From Utricularia gibba (Eukaryota > Plantae > Magnoliophyta), in contig NEEC01000015.1 of NCBI GenBank assembly GCA_002189035.1, positions 744,001 to 808,000 of the forward strand: 64,000 nt of DNA, written 5' to 3'. Under the pieces are notes generated by a model. That model had not been told where the DNA came from and did no database searches. It saw only the letters and a program-made list of their open reading frames with translations. Shown here in pieces: positions 51,854 through 64,000 of the stretch. Every line of letters begins with the position of its first letter. Position 1 is the stretch's first letter. The position numbers and the translations under genes were made by a program.

Positions 51854-53250
51854 ATGGCGGCGACGGAGGAATACGAGCCGCTGATGATACATTTGTGGAA
51901 GGTTGGATGGGATGCTTCTCCCAGCTCAGTGGCGCGCCTGTCGTTTACTTGAGTTTGAACTTTAAACCGGACTCCGCGTGACTCTTTGTTTTTTTTTTTT
52001 CCCTCTCTTCAGGGACGTGACAGTTTCAGTTTAATCCCGTGCCGGTGACTGAACTCCATGATATCAGCAATGGAGGGCTGCATTCGCCGGCGGAGTGACA
52101 GATAGGGAATCTTGATGAAACTCCTTTGGAGAGGTTAATGACTAGTTGATTTAGTTTGCTATTAAATAGACTTCGATTTTGGAGAAGGCTGTGAACATTG
52201 TTAGGGTTATTAATCAGTGCTGAGTTAAGTTTCTTGCTATATTATGCAGTGAGTGATCATGAATTTAACGAGTTTTGGAATGTGATGTCTCTTAATTCCT
52301 GCTGATAACGAGATTTTACATGGATTTGGATGATGTTTCTGTTTATGGTCATACCCTTTTTCCATACTCAGGTGGTTCTTGATTTGGATGAAACTTTAGT
52401 ATGCGCTTACGAGCCTTCAAGGTTGCTGGTTAATCTTCGTGATCAAAACACTAAAGGTGGAATCAACTAGTTTGAAATAGGGTGTTTCTCTGCCGAAAAA
52501 AGTGAGTGAAAAGCCTTTTCTGGTGGAGATGAATGACTAGGGAGATTACCCATGCTATCGTTCTTCGTTTTATGACTGGAAAATTCCATATGCACCCACC
52601 CATTCCATGGTTTATTCATCTAAAGTTTTTTGTTTCTTTTGTTGTATTCTTTGATGGATGCTAAAAGATATTGATGGCAAACCATGTGACTGTGTTTGAA
52701 CGTCCTGGTTTGAAGGAATTTTTGAAGCATCTCAACGAATTTGCTGATCTAGTGCTGTTCTTGAAGTTACTTGTTTCTCAACTAGCTCCTGCTCTTGGTT
52801 TGATGCCACTCTTTTTCAACTCATTCAACTCCTGTTCTTGGTAGATAGAATCGATATCAACAATGTGTTCATCCGTAGATCCAACTTGAGCAACTCTATC
52901 AGGTGGTGCTTAATTTTGCAGTCAGTACCGTGATCACTTGCTTGTTGCAGGATCTCCGGCGAGTGGTCATTGAAGACAACAACCCGTTTAGTTTTCCGAT
53001 GCAGCCATCGAATGAAGTCCCCGAGTGCACCATTTTCTCCTGCTCACCCTCAAGACCATCAGGTGCTCCACATTTCCTCCAACAAAGATGATCCCACCAT
53101 TGCTGAAGCACCTGTCTCTGCAGAAAGATACGCCCATTTCTCCGTACCAAGTTCCATATGCCGGAGTGGTTCAAGAAACAGGGAATCCCAGTCGATCAGA
53201 TCGGACAAGACTAACCGTATCTCCCTGGAGGAGCCCAGCCCAGCCCACTG
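51854..53250 (+). pseudogene. SCP1-like / NLI-interacting-factor HAD phosphatase pseudogene
   Basis: VVLDLDETLVCAYE..GGIN*FE (Trp codon changed to TAG), HVTVFERPGLKEFL, DNNPFSF..QPSN and KFHMPEWFKKQGIP, with stops, multi-base deletions and frameshifts. Confidence 0.8.
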
Positions 53251-53855
53251 CCAGATTTCAGAGCAGGTATTTTCATATTCAAAGATTGTTAGTTTCTGTA
53301 ACATACCAAATCTCTGACTTTACTATTTTGTATATTCAATTCTTACTTTACATTTTTCATCTCTTACTCTCAACTTCTATATTTAATAATGCCTCATTCC
53401 CACTTTCCTAATTAGCATCAGTTTTCATTGACATGAATTTGTATTCAATCTAATTTCACATCAATTCTTTGGATTTAGATAACCATGAGAAGAAAGTGTA
53501 ATATTTTGACCGAGTCAATGGTACTCGTTCTTCGCCACGACATACTAATAAAATAATATTTTACTTATTACTTAAACAGTGGTTTTAGGAAATAAAAACT
53601 CTACTTTAATCGAGAAATATAAAATTAATTTCCCAGTAAATTACAAAATAATAAAAGAAATAGAAAATAAATTACATTTAATATAATAACATATTTTCCG
53701 TTAGGTTTGTGTTCAGTATGCCAAATTGCATTTATTCGTGCACAATTTTCTCCCTCTATTTTCACACCCGTTCTTTCTCTCTCTCTCGCTCTCGCTCTCG
53801 CCGATGGGATGATTTCATTTTGCATAGCCTTGCTGTTAAGGGTAACATCCTTCCG

Positions 53856-56149
53856 ATGAAGACGCCCAGTTCCGCCTTCGTCGCGGCCGCGGTCTTAATC
53901 CTTTCTGCGTTTGCCCTTCCCCAAACGTCTCCGGATTGGGCGGCTCCGGCGCCACCCTCGCCGTCGTGTTCGGCTCCGCCACCACCGTCTGCACTATAAT
54001 TGCCGGTCACGTTGTCCATAGTATTCAATGCTGGAGCAACGGACGATTGCTGTCGCCGTTACTTCCTGGTGTGTCCTTCGAAGCTATCGCCGGCGGCAGG
54101 GATATTCTTTGCGGCGTCCGCGCCGGCGGATTCGCTATGCTTTGCTGGGACAGGAATTTTTCCCCTAAGAGAATTTACATTAACGATGCTGTAACTTTGA
54201 CTACGCTTGTGGTGGGAGGGAGTCAAATTTGTGGTCTTCGGAATGCAACTGAGAGAAATGTCGTGTGCTGGCGGGGAAATTCCTTGAACTCTTCCCGTCC
54301 ACTACGCGTGGTCTCTTCTGGTTTGCGGTTTTCTTGCGGAGTAACGTTCGATAATCGGGTCTTGTGTTGGGGAGATGAATATGATGGGCTTCCACGGTAT
54401 TTGCAGTCTCAATTTGAGAACTCATCCATGGTGGATATTCAAGTTGGTGGCAGGCATGCCTGCGGATTCAATACTTCTGGATTCGTCGTATGCAGAGGGC
54501 ATAACAACCATGAGCAGATAAATGTGCCTGAAAATTTCCCTTTTCGATACAGAAGCCTATCCCTGGGAGAGAATCATTCCTGCGCCATCACACGATTGAA
54601 TCACACAGTGGTTTGTTGGGGTGCAGATGGTGAATTTTCAAGAATTACTGATGGGGTTTCGTTTGTATCCATTGTTTCTGGTTTAGATTTCACTTGTGGG
54701 CTGACGACGAGTAATTTTTCAGTGATCTGCTGGGGTCTCGGTTGGCCTACAAGGTATGGATTTCATCTTCCCCTGAACCCAACTCTCCCTGCTCCTTGTG
54801 TTGATACACCTTGTGAGTGCAATGTTTACCCTCAATCTCAAAATCTCTGCTCTGGAAATGGTCGCGTTTGCGGTCCCTGTGAGAATGAACCAGTTCCTAT
54901 TTCTCCTGCTCCTTCTCCTCCTCCTCCATCTAGAGGATTAAGGAGAGGGTTGTTGGCATTCGCCATTGTTGGATCTGTTGGTTGTGTAGTAGGTATATGT
55001 TCATTGATCTACTGTTTGTGGAGTAGCAAGAAGAAGATACACAACACTGTGCAGCCCACAATTGCTGGTTCTACTGTTGTAGGACACCATCAATCCAGAG
55101 CCAATCCCTTGTCGCGTTCATCTACCATTAGGAGCCAGGGGTCAATTTTGACGAGGAGACAGCGAAGTGGAACTTCTTCGAAACACGCAGAAAGAGCGGA
55201 GGAGTTCTCTTTCACTCATCTTTCGATGGCGACGGACGATTTCTCCGCCGGGAACAAGATCGGAGCAGGGAGTTATGGAGTTGTCTATTTTGGGAAACTG
55301 ACTGATGGGCGCCAAGTTGCCATCAAACGAAGCGAACTGGGGAAGAGTGGAAAGTTTCAGGAAAAGGAAGCTGCATTTGAATCGGAATTGGAGTTCATGT
55401 CTCGTGTTCATCATAAGAATCTGGTTAGGCTCGTGGGTTTTTGTGATGAAGGGGATGAGAAGATGTTGGTCTATGAATACATGAAAAATGGAGCTCTTTA
55501 TGATCACCTACACGACGAGAAGAAGAGTAGCAGAATGTTGAGTTCATGGAAGACGAGGATCAAGATTTGTTTAGACGCAGCTCGGGGGATCGAGTATCTG
55601 CATAGCTACGCAGTTCCACCGATAATTCATCGAGATATAAAGTCTTCAAACATCCTGATCGATGACACTTGGACCGGAAAAGTATCCGATTTCGGGTTAT
55701 CATTGATGGGTCCGGAGAAAGACGGCGTTTTCAGGTCGATGAAAGCTGCCGGCACGGTGGGGTACATGGATCCGGAGTATTACACGCTGAATCTGTTGAC
55801 GACGAAGAGCGACGTGTACGGTTTCGGTGTCGTGCTGCTTGAAGTGTTGACGGGGAAAAGAGCGATGTTTAGAAATGGGGCGGACGGTTCGCCGATTAGT
55901 GTGGTGGACTTTGCCATCCCGCTGATAATGGCCGGAGAAGTGAAGAGGATTGTGGATCGGCGGGTGGGTATGCCGGAGGCGGAGGCAGAAGCGGTGGAGC
56001 TGCTGGCGTACACGGCAATCCACTGCGTGAATTTGGAAGGCAAAAATCGACCGACGATGGCGGACGTCGTCGGGAACCTGGAACGCGCTTTGGCTCTAAC
56101 TTCCGACATCCGCACCAGCGGCTCCGACAACGACAGTTCTTCAGAATGA
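53856..56149 (+). CDS. CCR3: CRINKLY4-related receptor-like kinase CCR3, intronless; apparent 1-bp frameshift at 53919-53922
   Basis: The signal peptide MKTPSSAFVAAAVLILSAFALP is out of frame with GLGGSGATLAVVFG. RCC1-like crinkly repeats, TM GLLAFAIVGSV and kinase HRDIKSSN/DFG/YMDPEYY follow. Confidence 0.9.
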
Positions 56150-56718
56150 ATTTAGAAAAACAAATTGAAAAGATATTACATCAAATACCAATCCTTTGAC
56201 TAGGGCTTTCCAATTTAATATTCTGAAAATCTGCGTAAATAATTTTGTAGGGTATAAAATAATAAATATATTTAAAAAATAAGGATATTCTATAAACTGC
56301 ATAAATAAAAAGTATTTTGTTCAACGTGATTCATGAATGCAGGAGTGGGGTGGCCGCCGCGCGGCGGCATGAATGCGGACGCCTCCCCGCCGCCGTGTCC
56401 AATTTCTTCTGTTTCACGTGTCCGTTCGTGTCTACATTGATTATCACATTTTTTTTATTATCTGCCGTTATTTATTACCAGAGGTATGAGTTCAAAACCC
56501 TTTGTCCCTAACACACAATAAATTATTTTAATATGAATGTAATTTTGTAAAAAAATTGGACTAATCTACCCTCGGAAAAAGTTCGTACGTAGTAGCGAGT
56601 TGTCTAAGAAAAGGGGGTGAGTACGATGAGGACATAAGGGTAATACAACACAATTAGATACATGCTACAAAAGGGGGGGGTGAGCGAGGGGGTGATATTA
56701 CAAATTTAACCTTCTTCA

Positions 56719-57039
56719 TCAGCGGCTGTTGCTGTCTCTGCGCGGACACCTACCGGAGATGTCGTCGGAGAGATTGGAGTAAAGCGACATAACTTTGGAC
56801 ATATTCCCGTTGATCTCTTGGATCAAGGCGACGTTCTTGACCATATTCCCTTTGATCTTGGACTGCTGATTCTGGTTCACTTGATGGATCAGCGTTCGAT
56901 TCCGATCTAGCACCGACTGAACCTCGCCGAAGACGTTGGTGAAGGCTGCCCAGGCGGCGGGATCTCCGTCGAGATCTTCACCGTCTTCCACGCTGACGGC
57001 GGGGTAGGAGCGTTGGTTGCCGGAATTCTTGTTCGCCAT
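56719..57039 (-). CDS. ELF4: EARLY FLOWERING 4 family protein (106 aa)
   Basis: FGEVQSVLDRNRTLIHQVNQNQQSKIKGNMVKNVALIQEINGNMSKVMSLYSNLS. Confidence 0.9.
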   Translation of the reverse strand: MANKNSGNQRSYPAVSVEDGEDLDGDPAAWAAFTNVFGEVQSVLDRNRTLIHQVNQNQQSKIKGNMVKNVALIQEINGNMSKVMSLYSNLSDDISGRCPRRDSNSR

Positions 57040-57918
57040 CGCGGACTGTGTTCGATTTGAGGAGGGGACGAGGAATGGAGGGATTTGAAGAGGAGTTGAT
57101 TTTCCCGGAGTACGTGTTTCCCACCAATTACAGATAAGGTTGCGTATGAATCTCATGCTTTCGCCACGCTCTCATGTAGAGCGTCCGCCTCACGCGGCTG
57201 CCCTGTCAGATCATTCTATTTAAAATAATAACATTATTTAATTAATTTCAAGTGTCTTATATTTGAAATATTTCTTCTCTTTTCTGTGAAAAATATCTTT
57301 GACCTAAGGGGGAGAGTGAAGAGAACGCGTTGACGGTGCAAGTGCAATTATGTTCTAGTCATAAATATCTCAGAATCTTTTTTTTATAAAAATAGAAAAG
57401 TGCAGAACTTTTGGGCCCATGCAGGACAGCCCATGACTTTTTAGATATAAAAATCCTATTCCTAACTCAGTTCAATTAAATTTGCAGTTTGACCCCAAAA
57501 CTTTTGCAAATTTCTTCTATGACGACCTTTGTCTGTTCCACCGAAGCACTCGGGATTCCTTTTTTATCTAAAGGGTTGCATGGAAATATCCTGCAATGCT
57601 ACAAGGAAAGTGGAACCTCAAAATATCATTCATCTCCTGCTTTTCTATAGATTCTGCTGCTAAACCTACACACTGGACTTCAAATCCGAATCCATTTACT
57701 TGCAAAAGAGCAGCAAACATGAGAGCCAACATTATTCAGTGGAATGGCTTTCTTTCATTGAAAAGCTCAAGGCTTTAAGATCCAGAGAAAAACACAGGTA
57801 TAGAGCGAACTTTGCATGATAAGGGAAATCGTTCGGACAAGGGGAGAACATATGTGGTCGCCTAAGCTGAGATCAGAGTGAATGTGATCACAGCTGAGGA
57901 GAAGCATAGATATTGTAC

Positions 57919-59451
57919 CTAGTCCCATTGAATTTGTCTGTGGAATGTCCACTCGGAGGCGTTTACGGTTCTCGTTCCATCGGCCACCACCAGATCATAT
58001 GGTGAGTCCTCGGAGAACTCAGTTGGCATGGATTTCCAGTGTAAACTTGGCTTCCAATCAGCTTCTTTCAGCACCTTGAGTACTTCCTCCACCACCACCT
58101 TGCTGCCTTCCTCAGACAAGTGAATTCCATCCCTGATGAGTGGGAAAAAAAAGTAAATGGAATGGAAATTCTTGAAAGTGTGGTTAGAAAACAAGTCCAT
58201 GGCTGTTTTAAGTACTGTGTGGTGCGTGCGTACTCACGTAAAGCAAGCGTTCATCCAGTCATCACGTTTCTGTATTGCTGTCCAAAGATCAACCACCTTG
58301 ATGTTCAGCTCTCTGCACAACTCAATGCATGCGTCTGAATACGCTTTGCAGAGCTCGTTTGTTCGAACGAGTTCACTCAAATATGGACTGTTGAAGAGAA
58401 GAAGTTAAGAGACGCACCCTGGGTACAACAGGAAGGGAACTAGAGTAAACAACCAGGGCACTATACCTTTGATTTTCATGAATTTTAACTTCATTAACAG
58501 GAGGGCAACTTAGAAATATCAAGCGAATTTCCTTTGAGAGATTCTGAAATCCAGAGATGGGCAAACAGCTGAGTTCAAGACATGAGGATTGATTCTAAGC
58601 CATGCACAATACCTGCAAATGAACCGCTATTTTTCTCATGTTCTCCACGTATTCTTGAAGTGGTACATGAGGACCAAGACCGGAGGGATGAGGGCCCATC
58701 GAATCATTCCCACCAAAATACACAATCACCAACGAAGGTTGATTACTGTCATCCTGCAACAGAAAGAACAAACATTTCACCAGGATCATGGAAAAGCTAA
58801 ACACAAGTGTCTGAGGAAGCTATCTCTATCACAAGCTATTGAGAATTCATGATACATTCAGCGTAAAGTCAAACCAAATCTCAATTGTAATGGTGCAAGC
58901 CAACCAAAAAAACCAAGCAGAACAGACAGATCGGAGTTAATGCCAAACATCAAAAGAAGTTCGACAATGAAAACGAAGATGGATTTTCTGGTTCGATTCC
59001 CTACAATAATCGAATGCGACTGATACTGTTGTGTTGCCAAATCAAGAAAAAAAAAAAGGAAGGCATGATTACCTTTGGGAAGACTTGATCAAGGATTTGC
59101 ACAGCACGTCTAGAGTTCCATCCGTAATACCCTCTAGTTATTATATCAGCCTACAAGAAAAAACAAAGCATAATACGCAATACCCAAATCCAGAATAGCT
59201 CAGAAGAGAAAAATCTGGGCGAAAATCCACAATCCACATTGCCGAATCCATGTCTCCCCTAAAACAACCCACAACCCTTCCTAGACCCAACAACAGTTTC
59301 ACATAAAAAGCAAAAAAAAAAAGGGTGGCAAAACCAATACCTTTCTGGCATAGATATCAGAAAGAATCGCCCCCCAACCGCCATTACTGTAGCTTAACTG
59401 AACGATTGAAGAGCCAAACAAGACGAACGAAGGCCTCGAAGGACCCACCAT
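57919..59451 (-). CDS. CPRD49: GDSL/SGNH esterase, CPRD49-like, multi-exon
   Basis: MVGPSRPSFVLFGSSIVQLSYSNGGWGAIL, VIVYFGGNDSM, DGIHLSEEGS and WKSMPTEFSEDSPYD. Confidence 0.88.
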
Positions 59452-60451
59452 CTCCCCGCTCCGAGAACTGAATGAAAAACAAAAAGATGAATGACGATGG
59501 GGAGAGAACAAGGCACCAGCATCCACAACGGCAGCCCCAAATGCCCGTAAATGCCGGAGTTGGTTTCGTTTTGTAGGAAAATGGACCAACTCAAACCTCT
59601 ACCAAGCTGCTACCTACTACAAATACGTAGTCAAAAAAAGACATAATAATAATAAACTTTTAGTTCATATTTTTTGCCTGCTCTTACAAGTCCTTGATGT
59701 TAGAAAGCAAATGGGGGCATGATTTGTTTGATGATTTGTAAACAAGATTAGAAGGCAGACACATACGACCTAATCATGGTGATTAATTCGAGTTTTAGGG
59801 TAATTAAGAAGGGGCGGAATCTGTGCGTTGTGGGGGGCAGATCAATAATGGTGGGGAATTGCAGCTGGGGTGGGTGCTGCCTGCTGCCTGCGTCACATTT
59901 CTTGTCCTGTGCCTCTTCCTACTTTTTCCGGTGCAATAATTAATTCTTTTTTAAAAAAACAAAATAATAATTATACTATTAAATGTAATATCATTATTAT
60001 TATAAAGTACAGACACACCACTTTTCATTTCTAACAACATTCTTGGATCCAAATGCGCAATTATTAATTGTCATTTTTTACATTATATTTAATAATAAAT
60101 ATAAGAAATTTGTTGTAAAAAAGCTGCTCCAAAACACAATACATTACAAATTCAAGTGGTTATTTACAAATCGAGCTCTCACACACACATTACCTTAAAA
60201 AAAATATGCTAAGGATGATCAAGTTTATCATACAGAGGGTGACCAGATTTCTAATACGCCCAAATTCAACTCCTTTGATTGCATGGTGCGGAAAACGCTG
60301 TTCCATATGATTCGAAACAATTCATTTGTGAAGGGAAACACAGCAAAAAAGAAGTGGGTGCGGGTGCGGTGCCATCAATGTGATGCTCAAGTTTAGAGAG
60401 TCAATGCTTGGGTAAAGAATGATGCTCATGGCAGAAAAGAATGGTCACAGC

Positions 60452-63400
60452 TCAAAGGATTTCTGCCCTTCGAAGATTCAGAAGCCACAGAGAGATTCGC
60501 ATCCCGAGGAGACGGGCTTCAATCAGAAGCTCCTCCACACGTACGATGATACGCGAGAGGAAAGACTTGCTTTGCAGAAGCTTGGACTCTATCACTGCTT
60601 CGGAAGAAACTCTTCCAATGATGAGGAATTCCTCGAGGGAAGATCCCTGCTTCTGCAGGAGGCAATAGTGAAACTGTATCAGGGAAAATGGAGAGCACAA
60701 ACAAGTATGCTTGAAAATTCAATTCCTAGTGATGTGGTAGAGAGGGTGTGGTGGTGGTGTCTAGGCATTCTCATATGAATGCATTTGATTGAGGGAAAAC
60801 TACTTTACCAGAGCTTTGTTAACTGCACGCAGGCAGTCGTTTGTTTTTAGCATCAGAAGAATAACACGGGGGAGTCTTCTCAGGAGCTCCGAGATTTGTG
60901 GGAAGTACTGGGAAGCGTACATCTGAGGTCCAAACAACAAAAGGAAAGTACAGGGAGTCAGACGTAGATTCATAATGAGTTCACAATATGTGTTGTAGCA
61001 ATGAGGTAGTTTAGCAAGTGAGAACCTGCAGTTCGGAACGATCATCATCAGTGCCTTGGATCACAAGATGGTCGACTGATGTATCTATGACCTTTTTCCA
61101 AGGCCTCATTGTAAGAATGCCGGCAAACAGAATATACAGATCCTCGCCAGCACCTAGCTTCACGCTATTTTCTTTGATTGCATTAACATCGGAAAATACC
61201 AAGCCCTGTAATTGGTTCAGGTACAAGAGCAAATTCAGATAAAAGAGTATCTACACCAAAGGGGCATGTTCGCTGTTGTAGAAAACCACTCACCTGCCAT
61301 AGGGAAGCATAACTTATTCGCATAGAGGGGTCCAGCTCTTTGTATAAACCATGGTCCAAAAGCACCAACTGAGGCTTTTTCTTTCCTGAAAATGCAACCG
61401 AACGAGATAAAAACAAACACAGCGCCATCTGAACCGTGAGACTTCTTGTAATTCAAAAATTTAAATGTAAATGAGTTGTAAAAAATAAGGAAAATCGTCA
61501 ATTTTCAGTGGATACTTTTTATGTAATTAGAAGAGATGCAGTTTTCAGAACTGCATAATCTAGAAAGCAACTCACCAAAAATACTTGTGCTTCCCGAAGG
61601 GAGGGCGCGTACAAGCACATTTGCAGCATGCGGGTCGCAATGAACAAAACCATGTTTAAACATCATCTCAGCAAAGGCTCCACTCAGCTGCCAAAACACT
61701 AAGTAATCAAATTTTTTATCACACATAATCAAGTAAAGGACAACAAATAATTACCAGTTTTGAAACGTCACTAAGCTTAATTCCCAGTTTTTGTATGGCT
61801 CTATAATCATTAACTTGAGCACCATCAATATATTCCATCACCAGCAATCTAGAGGTACTCAAGCTCCAGTATATTGTTGGAGCATAAACATATTCTGCAA
61901 TATGTGGAGAGAACTTCTGAAAGTTATCCATACATTTTATGCTGTTCTTGGCTTCATTCAAGAAATCTAGCTCCTGGGATGTTTATTGCAAAAGGCAAAA
62001 GCAGTAAGAAGAAGTAAAATTTCTGAACTCGAAGTTTGAAAGCTGGCTACCGAAAAAAGCATAATATTCATACACTTACAAAAAATGCTACATAATGTGG
62101 TACTTGCATTCAAATTTCACAAGCTCCAAAACCAAAGTAAAACAAAAAAATGAACATAAAAATCACTTTGCAAACGTGAATAAACCCAACGAAACATGCT
62201 CCAAAGAAATGACAGAGAAAACTAATATGAAAATGTTATAAATACAACTCAAGAGGTGTCCGTGAACAAACCTTGGGTAAACTTTCCCTTACTTCATCAA
62301 CCAACCACCTGCAGAAATCATTTGCCACTGAGCATGGGCCATATAAGTATAATTAAATCAGATTACTGAAGGCTATGGGAATTCAATGTGCACCTGTAAT
62401 CGAAAGAAGGAAAAACCGATGCAATGTGTTCAATACTAACTCTACACTAGCATAATCTGCAGCAACAGTGTCTGTCATGTGAGCATGTTGAACCTGGAAT
62501 CAATCCAACAATTGGGGAAAAAAGTGCTTTGAAAGCTATTAAACACACCATAACTAGCATGAAGAAATTGAACAAGGGTAAGCTACGTACCTTAACAGCA
62601 ACTTTCTGTCCATCAGGTGTAAGACCAACGTGAACTTGTGCTAATGATGCACTAGCAATCGGAACAGGATCAAATTCATCAAAGAACTGGTGCAAAATTT
62701 TCATTAGATTTATGACAAGATAAGGAAGCAACATCAACAAAAGTTCTTTACAAACATGTCGTGGACTTCATGGCTCAAAGAAAAGAGAAAAACTTGATTT
62801 GAACGTGACAGAGTTGTGCAAAGCCAATTACTTTATCAGGTGTCCCTCCAAGCTCCTTCTTGAAAACTTCACACACTTGTTCATAAGACGATACGGGACA
62901 TCTATTTAACATTGATTGCCTCATAACTTGTACATACTCGTCAGGAACCAAGTATTCCTGAATCGTGGCAGTTAATTCAGACTGAAAACATTCAAATCTA
63001 AAAACAAGAAGTAACAAGATAAACATCATGATAGCGCCGCACCAGTTGGCTTATATGTTGCCCTAGTTTAATGTAGATGCCACCATTCTTAAAACAGAGA
63101 TCACGAAGCCTTGCGGCACTCCTCGTGTGTACTTCACGCTTTATTTTTTCTCTCTCGGCACTATCCTCGGGCAACCCAAAGAGAGAGTACTTGTAGTCTA
63201 GAACGAAACTCGGACACCGGTCATCATTATGACATATAAATCAGCCCCAAATGGAACTCTAAGAAAAGAAACAACTTGCAGGAAGTGTTCAACCCCAATC
63301 CACATTCAAGAACGAATCACTCCCAGTACAGCTATTCAAAAAATTAAAACAAAAACCTTCATGTTTCAACCTTTATAAACGTCCCCTTGATAGGAGCAAT

Positions 63401-63665
63401 GGCTCGTCGTTGCAATAAACAATAAAAACCCAATAGGCGGAAAAATGGGAGCGATTGAGATGAGCATACCAAACGCAATAGAGGCCGCGGTTACGGCATC
63501 GCGAAAAAGGCGTACAGGAACAGCGGAACAGAGCTTGAGTGCCGTAGCCGGATCGTCGGAGTTGGCTAGAGCCACCGCCCCCGCCGTCACTCCCCCCGCC
63601 GCCCCAACTGAAGTAACAGCCAATAATAGCTTCTTGGCGCCTCCTAGAAGCGCTTTCCCCGCCAT
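60452..63665 (-). CDS. ABC1/UbiB atypical kinase, multi-exon
   Basis: EFDPVPIASASLAQVH, GFVHCDPHAANVLV, LVLLDHGLYKEL, LLLMLKTNDCLRAV and C-terminal IEARLLGMRISLWLL. Confidence 0.9.
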
Positions 63666-64000
63666 TCCTCCCTGCTGCTGTCTCCTTTCTTCTTCTTCAC
63701 GCAATTGTGTAAAACCTCATTTCTTGAGTCAACAAAAGGGTTTTTGTTTTTCATATTTACTTCCATAGAAGGACGAAATTAGGGTTTTAATATTATATTT
63801 AATTATTAATAGAAAGACTCGTCTCCAGAATATTCATTTTAAATAGAATAAAATAATTAAATAAATAATAATATTTTCGTCTATAAAATAAAACATCCCT
63901 CTAGAAGCATACTTTTACAAGCCCCTTAAAATACAGAGTCAACGGCAATAATTACCAGGTCTCACGATGTCTGAAAAATCTCCACCGTGGAAAAAAAGCT

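Noticed and set aside
1-64000. CRISPR arrays, rRNA or tRNA genes, and the many short overlapping ORFs in the track
   Set aside because: No such RNA genes or arrays were seen; most short ORFs are shadow frames of real exons or chance ORFs in introns.

Overview
Gene-dense eudicot (plant) nuclear DNA. The flanks carry ordinary conserved genes: a macro-domain protein, alpha-galactosidase, KUP2, HEME2, a WEB protein, a PYL ABA receptor, an ankyrin-CCCH TZF gene, a DYRK-like kinase, an SCP1-like pseudogene, CCR3, ELF4, a GDSL esterase and an ABC1 kinase. From memory their order resembles the Arabidopsis At2g40080-At2g40600 / At3g55950-At3g56310 blocks. The unusual part is ~17.9-44.2 kb, an array of repeated cassettes built on tiny two-exon SINA/SIAH-type RING-only genes (72-100 aa, with no SIAH zinc finger or substrate-binding domain). 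Most copies occur as head-to-head inverted pairs whose spacer has shrunk from ~900 bp to ~20 bp. This gives a graded series of fold-backs, from a near-identical palindrome of two intact genes to tight, diverged hairpins of the kind expected for hpRNA/MIRNA birth by inverted duplication. A young CRM-clade Ty3/gypsy element sits inside the array, and its 3' LTR is truncated and fused to an antisense cassette promoter. Five conserved genes each lack one base in a G/C run, which most likely reflects assembly error. All identities and alignments were made by eye; no expression, folding or database evidence was available.
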